Shown here: piece by piece, positions 49,131 to 59,636 of the stretch
How the letters are laid out: each line of letters begins with the position of its first letter
How positions within the stretch are numbered: position 1 is the first letter of the stretch
Source: Candidatus Hydrogenedentota bacterium
GTDB taxonomy: Bacteria; Hydrogenedentota; Hydrogenedentia; Hydrogenedentales; G963678445
DNA length: 64,000 nucleotides
Assembly (NCBI GenBank): GCA_963678445.1
Contig: OY782877.1
Coordinates: 1,685,778 to 1,749,777 of the forward strand
Reading direction: 5' to 3'
Made by a program: the position numbers and the translations under genes
The notes under the pieces: model-generated
What the model was told of the DNA's origin: nothing
What the model saw: only the letters and a program-made list of their open reading frames with translations
Database searches by the model: none

Positions 49131-49166
49131 GTGAGCGGTCGGGCGCATATGGCCCGACCGCTCCTT
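49131..49166 (+). terminator. Rho-independent terminator after the fucosidase gene (gagcggtcgggc-gcatat-ggcccgaccgctc followed by cttttta)
   Basis: Perfect 12-bp inverted repeat followed by a T-run, read directly. Confidence 0.65.
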
Positions 49167-49193
49167 TTTAAAATCATCACGCGGGGAAGCATC

Positions 49194-52100
49194 ATGGCAA
49201 ACACAGCATCCAAAGCAACACGCAAATCGAAAAAACACATCGTTTTCTTTTTGGCCTTTTTGTTCCCTGTTTTACTTTGGCTTTCTTTTGAGATATTGTT
49301 GCGCACGCCGTGGTCTGCACAGCAGGCGGAGGGTCTTCTTAGCGAATTATTGAGGGTTCCGGTCCATATTGATTCCCTCGATTTCGACTTTTTCCCAAAG
49401 CGGAAACTTCAGGTCTATGGCGTTGTGCTCGGAAATGAAAAACTTCGTCTCGATGCCCCTGAGGTTGTTCTGGAGGCGAATTTAAGCGCCTTGCTACAGC
49501 GCAAAATCCACTTGACCGGGATTGAAAGCGTACGCCCGATCACGCTTTTTGTTCCCCAGTCGCCACAGGAAATACGAAATGCCTGGCAGGATTTTCCCAT
49601 TTCCAAACTCAAGGCGGCCACTCCTGATAAAAAGCAAAAATCGTCGCATTGGCAGGCCTCAATAGACACCCTTTCCTTACCTGTCATTACATTGCTGCGT
49701 GATGAAAAACGTTACTTTCGCGGCAAGTTTACCGCTCACGATCTTATTTCCGACACCATCACCTTACAGCTCTTTACGCAGCTTGTTGGTGTCGATGATG
49801 ATGCGCACATGCAGGCGGACCTGACGCTTAACCTTCCTGATGGGCAGCCTCCGCAACTTCAGGGGCGGGTAGTGGCGCAAAATATGGATGTAGAAAAACT
49901 GCTCGCCAAACCCGGCATGCCCCACACCCGCATCGACCTCCACATCGATCTCGACGGTCCCGTTCCCGACAATCTTGCTGCTGACATACACGGTGAAATA
50001 CGCACTGAGGAAAAAGAATTACTCAATGGAACCCTCAGTGCAAAAGCATGGTTTCGCAACGGAGACTTCCTGCTTAACGACCTGAATTTGCAAGGCGCTG
50101 GGCTCAATGCCCAGATAGATCTTTCCCTGCCCACTCAAAGCCCCCCCGTGCTTCACATCCTTGATGCTTCCATACAAGGCCATGCTTTGCAAAGCCTGCT
50201 CGCCGCCCTATCCCAAAAAGACATCCAGGCGACCACGACCCCCCAGGCATGCATCAACATCCGAGATCTACTCTTGGGCACACAAGATAAGAAGCAGCTC
50301 CGTCTCGTTTCCGGCGATATCCAATTCAACGGCATCGATCTTGCCCTAGCCACCACCGCACCAAAACACTTTCCAAACCTACAGGGCCGCATCCACATCG
50401 ATGAAAATACCCTCCACCTCGAAAGCCTCACCAGCCAAGGCATTGAACTTGCTGGTACGATCCAACCCGACTTCATCACGCCCAGTGTTACCCTCGATCT
50501 CCACGGAGCACTCACCCTCCAACCCCAATGGCTTACCCCCTGGATCAGGGAGAACAGTCTTTTTCAACTCGCTGGAGATCTCATCCTTCAACAATGCTTC
50601 CTGACCCTGACCCCAAAACATCCCCTTCCTCAAAACCTCCAGCTCAAAACCCGACTCGACAACGCCACGCTCACCCTCCACCCCAGAAACCTCGACACCC
50701 CCATACAACTACACCCCCTTCGAGCTGAATTCACCCTACAAGACACCACCCTCCACATAGACAACCTCCAAGTCCCCGACCTTAATGCCAGCGGTACACT
50801 TATCTATCTTCCCGAAGAAAAGTACATCGACATTCAAATCCAAGGCAGCACAAACCTGCCCGGTCCTGCCGCCCCCTTCATCAAACGCTACGTCCAGCTC
50901 GAAGACATCCATGGCGCACTTACCCTGGAAAATCTCCAGACCCGCTACATCCTGGGAACCGGTTGGGCGAAAGAAGTTGTACTACAGTCCACACTCAAAA
51001 ACGCCTCGACAAAAAGTATTCATCCCGCCTACACGGATCAAATCAACGATATCAACGCCCAGCTTCGCCAAGACGAAAAGAACCTCCAACTCTCCGCAAG
51101 CGCAAACGCCGTCCGTCTCGGCCCCCTACGCCTTGACGCCACATATAGCCTCGACAACGACAGCATCAACGCCACCCTCAACACCGATCTGAGTCAATCC
51201 ATCCCCACCCTACTTCCCGACGGCCCTCCAAGCCAATACAGCGCCGCCTTGCTCCAAAACTACGGGCCCTCCACTCTCGATATCAGCGCCCAACTTCCCC
51301 AAGATTTCCAATCTCCCCTCACCCTCACCCTCATCCGCCAAGGCGCACCCGTACTGCACCTGCAAACCGAAATCGAAATTCTCCCCAACGCAGCCCCACG
51401 CCTTCGCACCCTACAAGCCCAGGCCAGCACCCCACTCGATCCCCTAAACACGCTTTTCCCCCAACATATCAACACCCAAGGCGACGCCCAGTGGATCATC
51501 CGAGGTCCCGAAGCAAACGGCGATCTCATTATTAACATCGGCCTTTCCACCACCACTCTCCAGGCCGGGCAATACTTCAAAAAACGCCCCGGCGACGCCG
51601 CCAGCATCCAACTCGCCCTCCAGACCAGCCCTAACATCACCCCCCGCCACATTACCGCTCAAATCCTCGGTGAAACCATCACCGCCACCCTGAAAGACAA
51701 CACCATCCAAATCCCCAACCTCAACCTCAACCTGACCTCCCTCTCCCGCCTACTCCCCGACAACGGAAACGCCTCCGGAAACCTCACCGGAAACCTAAAC
51801 CTCACCCCCCTCAACTTAAACCTCCAGTTTGACCACACCGCCCTCGCCCTCAGCCCCGAGCTCGCCCTCGACGAAATAAACGGCGTCCTCCACTACAACA
51901 ATGGCTACTGGCGTTGCGATAAACTCTACCTGCACGGCGCCGACAGTGACTGCACCATCACCGCCCACCAAGACAACGACACATGGCAGGGCACACTCCA
52001 AGGGGAAAAACTCAACCTAAACGCCCTTACCGCCCTGTACGAAGCTACCCAAGCCTTTAAATTCGATACCGCTACCCCTCAAGAGACAAGGATCGTTCCC

Positions 52101-52964
52101 AGCACTTTTTCTTTTCCCAAGTTTAATGGCGGCTTCACTTGCGATCTAGGAGAACTTTATTATAACGAGGGCCTCTGGCGCAATCTGCATGCCAAGACTA
52201 CATTTACTCCGACGGCCATTGACATTACCGATGTTGGACTTTCTATTGGCGAGGGGAAACTGACCGGTGATGTGCACATCACATCACCCGATGAAGCAAA
52301 CGCGTCGCAGGTAAGCATCAACGCTTTCGCTAAACGTGTCGATATCAAGGCGCTCGATGCTTTTCTCTCGGCGTCCCCCAAAAAAATCTATGGCATCGCC
52401 GATGCTCAAAGCCAACTGCACTTCGCACTTCGTCCTGAGACCCCTTGGCAAAATACGCTGACCGGTACTTTCACCTTCTCGGCCCAAGATGGTTCGTATG
52501 GCAAAATGGGCTTCATCACCAAACTGCTGTCGGTGCTTAAAACTACGGAAATCATACGCCTGCGTTTGCCTGCTTTGCATGATACAGGGCTCAGCTATGA
52601 CGCCTCTTACGCTAATCTCATCCTCGACGAGGGAGAAATCACTGCCGAAAACTTCGGTCTGGATAGTAAGGCCTACGCCATGAGCGGAAAGGGTAGTGTA
52701 AGTCTTCCTGCGGACACTCTCGACCTGCAAATCAACGCCAATTTACTCCAATCTGTCACCGGAATTGTTGGTGGTGTGCCCGTCGTCGGGAAGACGGTAG
52801 ATCTGCTTGCCAAACCTGCCAATCTCGTCATCACGCTTAAAGGGGCGACGGAAGATCCTGACATTGAGGTTCGTACCGGCGCTGCTCCCGCCAAGGAAAT
52901 CCGCAAGGGGGTCGAAGAAACGCGCAAGGGGTTTCGTGAAATCCGAAAGCGCCTCGGGTTATGA
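49194..52964 (+). CDS. AsmA/TamB-like giant envelope protein (N-terminal TM anchor, long beta-rich repetitive region, AsmA-like C-terminus)
   Basis: Single N-terminal TM (IVFFLAFLFPVLLWLSF); 1257 aa of LTL/LQL-rich repeats; C-terminal block resembling the AsmA_2/DUF3971 region. Confidence 0.55.
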   Translation: MANTASKATRKSKKHIVFFLAFLFPVLLWLSFEILLRTPWSAQQAEGLLSELLRVPVHIDSLDFDFFPKRKLQVYGVVLGNEKLRLDAPEVVLEANLSALLQRKIHLTGIESVRPITLFVPQSPQEIRNAWQDFPISKLKAATPDKKQKSSHWQASIDTLSLPVITLLRDEKRYFRGKFTAHDLISDTITLQLFTQLVGVDDDAHMQADLTLNLPDGQPPQLQGRVVAQNMDVEKLLAKPGMPHTRIDLHIDLDGPVPDNLAADIHGEIRTEEKELLNGTLSAKAWFRNGDFLLNDLNLQGAGLNAQIDLSLPTQSPPVLHILDASIQGHALQSLLAALSQKDIQATTTPQACINIRDLLLGTQDKKQLRLVSGDIQFNGIDLALATTAPKHFPNLQGRIHIDENTLHLESLTSQGIELAGTIQPDFITPSVTLDLHGALTLQPQWLTPWIRENSLFQLAGDLILQQCFLTLTPKHPLPQNLQLKTRLDNATLTLHPRNLDTPIQLHPLRAEFTLQDTTLHIDNLQVPDLNASGTLIYLPEEKYIDIQIQGSTNLPGPAAPFIKRYVQLEDIHGALTLENLQTRYILGTGWAKEVVLQSTLKNASTKSIHPAYTDQINDINAQLRQDEKNLQLSASANAVRLGPLRLDATYSLDNDSINATLNTDLSQSIPTLLPDGPPSQYSAALLQNYGPSTLDISAQLPQDFQSPLTLTLIRQGAPVLHLQTEIEILPNAAPRLRTLQAQASTPLDPLNTLFPQHINTQGDAQWIIRGPEANGDLIINIGLSTTTLQAGQYFKKRPGDAASIQLALQTSPNITPRHITAQILGETITATLKDNTIQIPNLNLNLTSLSRLLPDNGNASGNLTGNLNLTPLNLNLQFDHTALALSPELALDEINGVLHYNNGYWRCDKLYLHGADSDCTITAHQDNDTWQGTLQGEKLNLNALTALYEATQAFKFDTATPQETRIVPSTFSFPKFNGGFTCDLGELYYNEGLWRNLHAKTTFTPTAIDITDVGLSIGEGKLTGDVHITSPDEANASQVSINAFAKRVDIKALDAFLSASPKKIYGIADAQSQLHFALRPETPWQNTLTGTFTFSAQDGSYGKMGFITKLLSVLKTTEIIRLRLPALHDTGLSYDASYANLILDEGEITAENFGLDSKAYAMSGKGSVSLPADTLDLQINANLLQSVTGIVGGVPVVGKTVDLLAKPANLVITLKGATEDPDIEVRTGAAPAKEIRKGVEETRKGFREIRKRLGL

Positions 52965-53140
52965 CCAAAACGCACCTTCTTCCTTGTCCGTAATACTCTC
53001 TCTGGCAATGAGGGCAATAGAATGCCACCCCTATACAAAATTACCGCCACCCGGAATCGCTGTAGGGCGCGCTTTATAAAAAATACGCCCGATGCGAACA
53101 TCGGGCGCGTATGTGAAAACCGTATTGAGTACGGGCTACC

Positions 53141-54202
53141 TTAGTAGGCCGTGCATTTGCTGCATTTGCAGTACGGTGTTTCTACTTTCGGCGAAGTAAG
53201 TTTCAACTCTACGCGGCGATTTTTGGCTTTTCCTTCTTTGGTGGCATTGTCCGCTATGGGTTTTTTCTTGCCATACCAGGCGCATACCAGCTGTTCTTCC
53301 TGCGCACCGTTGCTAATCAAGCAGGCCTTCACCGCTTCTGCGCGCGCATGGGCGAGCTCCAGATTGAATTCGTCGGTGTGCACGTCATCGGTATGCCCGT
53401 CGACATGGAGCTTTGCTTCACTGTAGCCATCGACCAGCATGTGGGCCAGGCCGCGCAAATAGCCTTTGGCATCTTGGGAAAGGGTTGTTTTTCCGGTCTC
53501 AAAGTGCACCATACTCAGGACTGGATAGGGCTGTGGCTCCGGGATTCCGTCGTTGTCTTCGTAGCCGTCTTTATCCTCCGGAATCCATGGATCGCCGTCT
53601 TTCAGATCGACAATTCCGTCCTTATCCACATCCTGTGACCAGATGGTGTCGATATCGGCCTCAACGGTGGAGAGATAGCGAAAGGCTTGTGGATATTGGC
53701 GTGCCTCGACCAACTCATGTTCCGCATGACTCAATGCGGTCTCAATGTGCACATACAGGATCGGCGAAACCAGGCGTCCTTTCGTAGGGCATATTTCGTT
53801 AAATCGTGCACGAAGACGATCATATTCCGCCTGGCAGTGTTCTTTGTCCTCCGGTAATAGCATCTCGCCTTTGTCAACTATACCCGAACCTTTGGCGATA
53901 GCTTCGGTGGCCATGTTTTTGGCCAGAATTGAATAATCACGCATCCCGCGCCGATCGCCTTCCGCTTTCTCCTCGCAGGCCATCTTCAAATAGCATTTGG
54001 CCGAAAAGTACTCGTATGGCGCATAATGCTGCGCACCGACCCTGTGCGCTTCTTTCACCAATTCCTGCGCCTCTTTCCATTGTTGTTTTTCCAGCGCTTT
54101 GTAATCGCGCGAGGTGGGGACTTCATGTATTCCCCTGGTTTGGCATCCCACAAGGACTGTGAGCACCAGCAACACGCCACAACACACAATAATCAGTCTC
54201 AT
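53141..54202 (-). CDS. OmpA-family lipoprotein with thrombospondin-type-3 Ca-binding repeats and a Cys-rich tail
   Basis: Lipobox LTVLVGCQ at internal start; TSP3 repeats DKDGIVDLKDGDPWIPEDKDGYEDNDGIPEP; OmpA_C (GHTDDVHTDEFNLELAHARAEAV...NRRVEL); tail YCKCSKCTAY. Confidence 0.7.
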   Translation of the reverse strand: MRLIIVCCGVLLVLTVLVGCQTRGIHEVPTSRDYKALEKQQWKEAQELVKEAHRVGAQHYAPYEYFSAKCYLKMACEEKAEGDRRGMRDYSILAKNMATEAIAKGSGIVDKGEMLLPEDKEHCQAEYDRLRARFNEICPTKGRLVSPILYVHIETALSHAEHELVEARQYPQAFRYLSTVEADIDTIWSQDVDKDGIVDLKDGDPWIPEDKDGYEDNDGIPEPQPYPVLSMVHFETGKTTLSQDAKGYLRGLAHMLVDGYSEAKLHVDGHTDDVHTDEFNLELAHARAEAVKACLISNGAQEEQLVCAWYGKKKPIADNATKEGKAKNRRVELKLTSPKVETPYCKCSKCTAY

Positions 54203-54442
54203 TTCGGCATCCCCCTTTTCGGTCGCTCCGACTCGAACTACTACTCCTGCTGTTGGTTTCGGTTGCACACCCCAGTGGCGTGAACCCCCTAAAAACACCT
54301 CAGCATCCAGTATGTGCAGAATGCGTTTTACTGTCAACCTCAAAATGCAGCTCTTTAGGCATACTCTTGCAGCCCTTTTAAAATAACAGAAGCGGGAGGG
54401 CTTTCCTCCCGCTTTGTAGTGTCGTGTGTATTAATATTTGGC

Positions 54443-55291
54443 TTAGGAAGCGGTCACTTCTTCTACGATTTTCATCAGACGACGACCATATTCCGTATAG
54501 CTTTCATAGAGTTGCGTGCTGTTGTCCGCTTTTTGTCCTGTATGAATGACGGCGGCCAAATGCGGTTCTATGGAGATGCCTCCATCGTAGCCTTTGGAAA
54601 GCAGATCGCGCAGGGTGTCTTTCACGCGACCGTCGCCTTCGCCGCAGAAGGTATAAACGTCTTCGCCGTTGACCTTTTTGGCGTCTTTGATGTGCACATA
54701 GATGATGCTATCGTAGATCTTTTGGTAGTATTCCCAAGGATCTTGTCCATAGGTCACCGGGTTGCCGGTATCGTACACTACTTTCAGAGCGGGGCTGTCT
54801 ACCTCGTTGAGCAGGATATTGCTGTTGTCTGCGGAAAGACCGCCCCAACCACTGCAATTTTCATGCGCCAGAATGATCCCGGCATCTTCCGCCATTTTCG
54901 CCAGGACTTTCATCCGTTTAATGGCTTCCTTGCGCCAGGTGGGTTCGTCTACTGGATTGTCTTTATCGTTGGGATAGCTCATTACACGGATGAATTTTGT
55001 GCCAAAGCGATGCATCCGGGGGATGGCTTGTTCTAGATCGTCGATATCGATTTGCGGGTCGCCGGTAATGGGACGCGCCCAGTTGGCAATGGCGCTGCTG
55101 AAGCAGGAAACCTTCATGCCGGCCTCTGTCAGTTTTCCGTAGACTTCATCAAATTGCGCATCGGGAAGCTGTGTCAGGTTTACGCCTTCCACCGCACGCA
55201 ATTCCATGTGGTCCCATCCCAATTCCTTGTGCGCCTTGATTTGCATCTCGATGGGTTGGCCGGCTTCGTCACTAATACCTGAGAAAAACAT
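54443..55291 (-). CDS. Sugar phosphate isomerase/epimerase (xylose-isomerase-like TIM barrel)
   Basis: GGAGG RBS before MFFSGISDEAG; TIM-barrel family blocks (HMELRAVEG..., ENCSGWGG..., GEGDGRV). Confidence 0.65.
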   Translation of the reverse strand: MFFSGISDEAGQPIEMQIKAHKELGWDHMELRAVEGVNLTQLPDAQFDEVYGKLTEAGMKVSCFSSAIANWARPITGDPQIDIDDLEQAIPRMHRFGTKFIRVMSYPNDKDNPVDEPTWRKEAIKRMKVLAKMAEDAGIILAHENCSGWGGLSADNSNILLNEVDSPALKVVYDTGNPVTYGQDPWEYYQKIYDSIIYVHIKDAKKVNGEDVYTFCGEGDGRVKDTLRDLLSKGYDGGISIEPHLAAVIHTGQKADNSTQLYESYTEYGRRLMKIVEEVTAS

Positions 55292-55454
55292 GGTGTCCTC
55301 CTTATTGATTGTCTCCAGCGTGTTGGAACACGTCTGTTTCTTATCGTTAATAACGAAAGGGTACCACACCTGTCCCTGCTGAATAAATGGGAACGCCGCC
55401 TCGTGTTAAAAAGGAGGCGGCGTGTAAGAATCGATTTTATCGGGTCGTTTATAA

Positions 55455-56702
55455 CTACCCAATATGCAGCACTTCGGCGCCCCGTCCTTGCGCAATCAGG
55501 GAGGTGTAGGTTTTTAGTTCTTCCTGCACCTTCGGATCGGTCAGGTCAAGCGCTACGCCGCGTTCTGCGGCCATGTAAGCTGCCTGGCAGAGCATAGTAA
55601 CTTTTTTGCCGTATTCGAAATTGAGGTAGCCGTCTTTGCCTTCTTTGAAACAGGCCACTGCGTCTTCAATTTCATCGACGTAGCCATAAAGGTCCGCTTC
55701 GTTGGTTTCTACGGTGAGCAAGCCACGGGTCGCAGTCGATTTCTCCAGGGCCAATTCGGCATTGGCGGCGGCTTCCGCCGCTTCATCGCCGATAAAGATT
55801 TCCAGCGGCGACTGCAGGGAGTTCAGCTCGAAGGCGTAGCCAGGCGCTAATCCGTCCATAGTCAGACGCAGCCCCTGTTTGTCGTACATCCAGGAGTTGG
55901 TGAACTGTGCCTGCACCAGTTGGCCTGTTTCTGGATTGCGGAAGGTAACCATGCCGGTGGCGAAGTCTTCGGCGGGTGTTTTGCTGTAGTCTACGCCCAT
56001 CTTTTCCAGTAGTTGTGCGCGGTATTTGGGCAGGCCCCATTTTAACAGCGAGGTAACTGCTGTAACGGAAACGGGCTCCAGGAAGTCAACGGGTTTGCCC
56101 AGGGGAGTCAGTACGAACCAACCGCAGGCGATACTGTGGCAGCCCATGTCGGACAGTACGCCGCCGCCTTGACGGGTCGGGTCCCAGAACCAACCTTCGT
56201 GCGGTCCTGCGTGTTCCTCGGAACTGCGCGCCAGGGCCAATGGCCCCATGCTTTGTTGTTGGGGGGCAAGTTGTTCGCGTTGTGCGCGAATGCCTTTCAT
56301 GTGGATTTGGTTTTCGAAATAGGCGGTGGGAAGGCCGGCTTCCTTGGCGAGATCTACCAACTGCTGCGCCTCGGCGACGGTGCGTCCCAGTGGTTTCTCG
56401 CAGATAATGCCTTTCATTGCTGCGCCGTCTTTCACCGCTGCCACAATTTCTTGCATAATCTGGACGCGGGCAAAGTTGGGCGCAAAAATGGCCACTGCGT
56501 CTACGTTCTTGCACAGATCGGCGATGCTGGGATAGGCCTGGCAAGGTCCAAGGCCATTTGCATTGGCGTAGGCGGCCAGCTCGTCGGCGCCTTTAAGCGC
56601 ACATACGCCCGCCAAATCTACCCCGCGGATCTGTTTCATCGCCGTTGCCTGAAACTTGGCGATAAAGCCAGCACCGATAAATCCAAGTTTAAAATTTCCC
56701 AT
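55455..56702 (-). CDS. Gfo/Idh/MocA family NAD(P)-dependent oxidoreductase
   Basis: Rossmann N-terminus MGNFKLGFIGAGFIAKFQ, EKP motif, C-terminal alpha/beta domain. Confidence 0.8.
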   Translation of the reverse strand: MGNFKLGFIGAGFIAKFQATAMKQIRGVDLAGVCALKGADELAAYANANGLGPCQAYPSIADLCKNVDAVAIFAPNFARVQIMQEIVAAVKDGAAMKGIICEKPLGRTVAEAQQLVDLAKEAGLPTAYFENQIHMKGIRAQREQLAPQQQSMGPLALARSSEEHAGPHEGWFWDPTRQGGGVLSDMGCHSIACGWFVLTPLGKPVDFLEPVSVTAVTSLLKWGLPKYRAQLLEKMGVDYSKTPAEDFATGMVTFRNPETGQLVQAQFTNSWMYDKQGLRLTMDGLAPGYAFELNSLQSPLEIFIGDEAAEAAANAELALEKSTATRGLLTVETNEADLYGYVDEIEDAVACFKEGKDGYLNFEYGKKVTMLCQAAYMAAERGVALDLTDPKVQEELKTYTSLIAQGRGAEVLHIG

Positions 56703-56874
56703 ATAACCCTCTCCTTCCGTGATATCGCGGCATACGCCACAGAAAAATATTCATCCCAACGATGTACGCATTATAGAGACGTCGCAAATTTGGCTCAAGC
56801 ATAAGAACGCCTAGTTTACGTTGCGCTGCTGAATACAGTAGACTAGACAAGAAATAAAACTATGAGGTTTCGGC

Positions 56875-57936
56875 ATGTCGATTGGAAAAAGTGAATCCCG
56901 GATTCAAACCATTTGCCTGATGTTGCTCTGCACTATTGGCGTCGCGGGTGCACTGTACTGGTTGCAAGGCATTATCGTTCCTTTTATCCTGGCTATTTTT
57001 GTCAGCCTGATTCTTACGCCCGTCGTTAATTTTCAGGTGCGAAAACTTCGCTTCCCGCGCATCCTTGCCATTTTGGGCACGTTGTTGCTCTGTTTCTTCA
57101 TTATGCTTATCTTGGGCGGAATCGTGTCGGCATCAGTGGCGCAACTGGCAAACAACGCGAATGTCTATCAAAATCGTGTCGAAATCCTGTTTAATAAGGC
57201 CATCACGGAGCTGCCACTCGACAAACTGGGGATTGAGGACCCGGCGGATCTGGATATTGCCTCGATCATCCCTATCAGCACGACGCGCACGGTGCTGGTC
57301 AAGCTGACCGGCTCCATTATCAGTATCCTCTCGCAGGGATTGATCGTCATGATGTTTGTCATCTTTCTCTTGCTCGGCAGCACTACACCCACCAAGCCCA
57401 AAGAGGGGGTTGTCGGCGAAATTGACCGCCAAGTGAAGCAGTATCTTGTCGTTAAAGTGCTCCTTTCAGGTGTGACCGGCTTTGCCGTATTCGCCATCCT
57501 GCATTTTTTGGGTGTAGACTACGCTATCTCTTTTGGCGCATTCGCCTTTTTCCTCAATTTCATCCCCAACATCGGCTCTTTGATTGCTACCATTATTCCG
57601 TTACCCGTTGTCCTCTTGATGCCTGATCCGTCTGTAGGCAAAATCTTGCTGGCATTGCTATTACCCGGTCTCGTGCAGTTTGGTGTGGGCAACTTGCTGG
57701 AACCGCGGTTGATGGGTAGCTCGTTGGGGTTACACCCGGTTACGGTGCTGTTATCCCTTATGTTCTGGGGCACCCTCTGGGGCATCATTGGCATGTTGCT
57801 GGCCGTTCCCATGACGTCCATCATGAAGATTTGTCTGGATCGCCTCGAACTGACCCATCCGATTGCTGCATTGCTGGCTGGTCGCCTGGAGTTGTCTGAA
57901 GAGACCAAGGCGGCACCGGAAAAACAAGGCGCGTAG
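56875..57936 (+). CDS. AI-2E family transporter (PerM/UPF0118)
   Basis: 8-TM topology and conserved C-terminal block (LFWGTLWGIIGMLLAVPMT). Confidence 0.7.
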   Translation: MSIGKSESRIQTICLMLLCTIGVAGALYWLQGIIVPFILAIFVSLILTPVVNFQVRKLRFPRILAILGTLLLCFFIMLILGGIVSASVAQLANNANVYQNRVEILFNKAITELPLDKLGIEDPADLDIASIIPISTTRTVLVKLTGSIISILSQGLIVMMFVIFLLLGSTTPTKPKEGVVGEIDRQVKQYLVVKVLLSGVTGFAVFAILHFLGVDYAISFGAFAFFLNFIPNIGSLIATIIPLPVVLLMPDPSVGKILLALLLPGLVQFGVGNLLEPRLMGSSLGLHPVTVLLSLMFWGTLWGIIGMLLAVPMTSIMKICLDRLELTHPIAALLAGRLELSEETKAAPEKQGA

Positions 57937-57948
57937 GGACAAACTGCG

Positions 57949-58878
57949 ATGGACGCAATTCGTACAGAGGGTTTGGGGAAAACCTATAAGGAAGTGGGAC
58001 GCGCCGCGGTCCGTTCTCTGCATGAACTTGATCTTGTGGTGGAAGAAAACGAGGTCTTTGGCTTTCTGGGACGTAATGGCGCAGGCAAGACAACTACTAT
58101 CAAAATTTTGTGTAGTCTGCTTAAAGCCAGTGCGGGGGAAGCTTTCATTTTTGGTGAACGGGCGCGTAGTCGCTCCGCACGTCGCATGATTGGCTACTTG
58201 CCGGAGCAACCGTATTTTTACGAATACCTGACCCCGCGTGAGACGATCGAGTTTTATGCCCGGTTACAGGGTTTATCCGCACAAGAACGACGCGAGGAAT
58301 GGAAAAAACTCGCGGACATGCTGGATCTGGGACCTATTGCGGACCAGCGTATCAAGGGATTCTCCAAGGGCATGCGACAACGCATTGGTTTCGCCGTTGC
58401 ATTGGTGGGAAATCCGCCGTTGCTGATCCTTGATGAACCTATGAGCGGTCTGGACCCGTTGGGACGGCGCATGATTCGCGAACTCATCCTGCAACAGCGT
58501 GACCAGAAGAAAACTATTTTTTTCAGTTCACATGTGTTGGGCGATGTGGAACAAATCTGCGATCGGGTCGGCATGTTGGTCAAAGGCCAACTCACTCAAA
58601 CAGCACGTATCGATGCATTGCTGGCAAACGCACAGCTCAAACAGGTCGAGGTAATCCTCGCCAAGCTGTCGCAAGAAAGCGCGGCAGCCTTGGCGCAGCA
58701 GGCGCAGCACCACCGATGCGTTGAAACCGATCACATCTTCCTGACCGACGGCATGGATGCAGCCAATGATCTGGCACAACAGGCTCTGGCGCAGGGAGCA
58801 ACGCTGATCGCCTTCAATCCCATTCGCGAATCGCTGGAAGACTATTTCATGCGTAAGCAGGAAGGAACTTTCGCATGA
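57949..58878 (+). CDS. ABC transporter ATP-binding protein (ABC-2 type)
   Basis: Walker A GRNGAGKTT, signature FSKGMRQR, Walker B LLILDEPMSGLD. Confidence 0.85.
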   Translation: MDAIRTEGLGKTYKEVGRAAVRSLHELDLVVEENEVFGFLGRNGAGKTTTIKILCSLLKASAGEAFIFGERARSRSARRMIGYLPEQPYFYEYLTPRETIEFYARLQGLSAQERREEWKKLADMLDLGPIADQRIKGFSKGMRQRIGFAVALVGNPPLLILDEPMSGLDPLGRRMIRELILQQRDQKKTIFFSSHVLGDVEQICDRVGMLVKGQLTQTARIDALLANAQLKQVEVILAKLSQESAAALAQQAQHHRCVETDHIFLTDGMDAANDLAQQALAQGATLIAFNPIRESLEDYFMRKQEGTFA

Positions 58879-59636
58879 GAATATGGGTCGTTGCACAAAA
58901 TACTTTTCGGGAAGCGGTGCGTGACAAGGTGTTGTATGTGTTGTTGTTTCTGGCCGCAGTCACCATTTTTGGCTCCAAGGCGTTGGGCTGGATCAGCATC
59001 GGCCAGGACATCAAAATCGTCAAGGATATCTCGCTTGCCGCTACCGACATCTTTGGCGTACTCATCGCCATCTTTGTCGGGGCCAGTCTGATTTACAAGG
59101 AAATCGACAAGCGCACACTTTACACCATCCTTTCGCAACCTATGCACCGCTACGAATTCGTGCTTGGAAAATATTTCGGCCTTGCCGCACTGCTCGGCGT
59201 CGTCACGGTAATCATGGCAGCGGTCACCGCCGTTTATGTACTCCTGCTGGGTGGGGCTCTTGATGCCGTCTATTTCCTCAGCGCTTTACTCATCTACTGG
59301 AAACTGTTACTTGTCACGGCATTCTCGATCCTGCTCTCCACGCTTTCCTCGCCCATCATGAGTGCAGTTATATTGTTCTCACTTTATGTGTTCGGGCACG
59401 CGACGGCTGTTTTTCTGCATCTTCCACCCCAGTTCGACGGCACCGTCGCCAAAAAAATCCTGGAAGTCGCCTATTACCTCTTGCCCAATCTCAACAATTT
59501 CAATATTCGTGCTGAGGCGGCCAATGCGGTGCCTGTTCGTATGACCTTTGTTTTCTTTTCGTTACTCTATGGCTTGGCCTATAGCGCATTTGTCCTGCTT
59601 ATAGCTACGCTGATCTTTGAGGAAAAGGATGTATGA
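58875..59636 (+). CDS. ABC-2 family transporter permease
   Basis: 6-TM permease; 4-nt overlaps on both sides. Confidence 0.6.
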   Translation: MRIWVVAQNTFREAVRDKVLYVLLFLAAVTIFGSKALGWISIGQDIKIVKDISLAATDIFGVLIAIFVGASLIYKEIDKRTLYTILSQPMHRYEFVLGKYFGLAALLGVVTVIMAAVTAVYVLLLGGALDAVYFLSALLIYWKLLLVTAFSILLSTLSSPIMSAVILFSLYVFGHATAVFLHLPPQFDGTVAKKILEVAYYLLPNLNNFNIRAEAANAVPVRMTFVFFSLLYGLAYSAFVLLIATLIFEEKDV

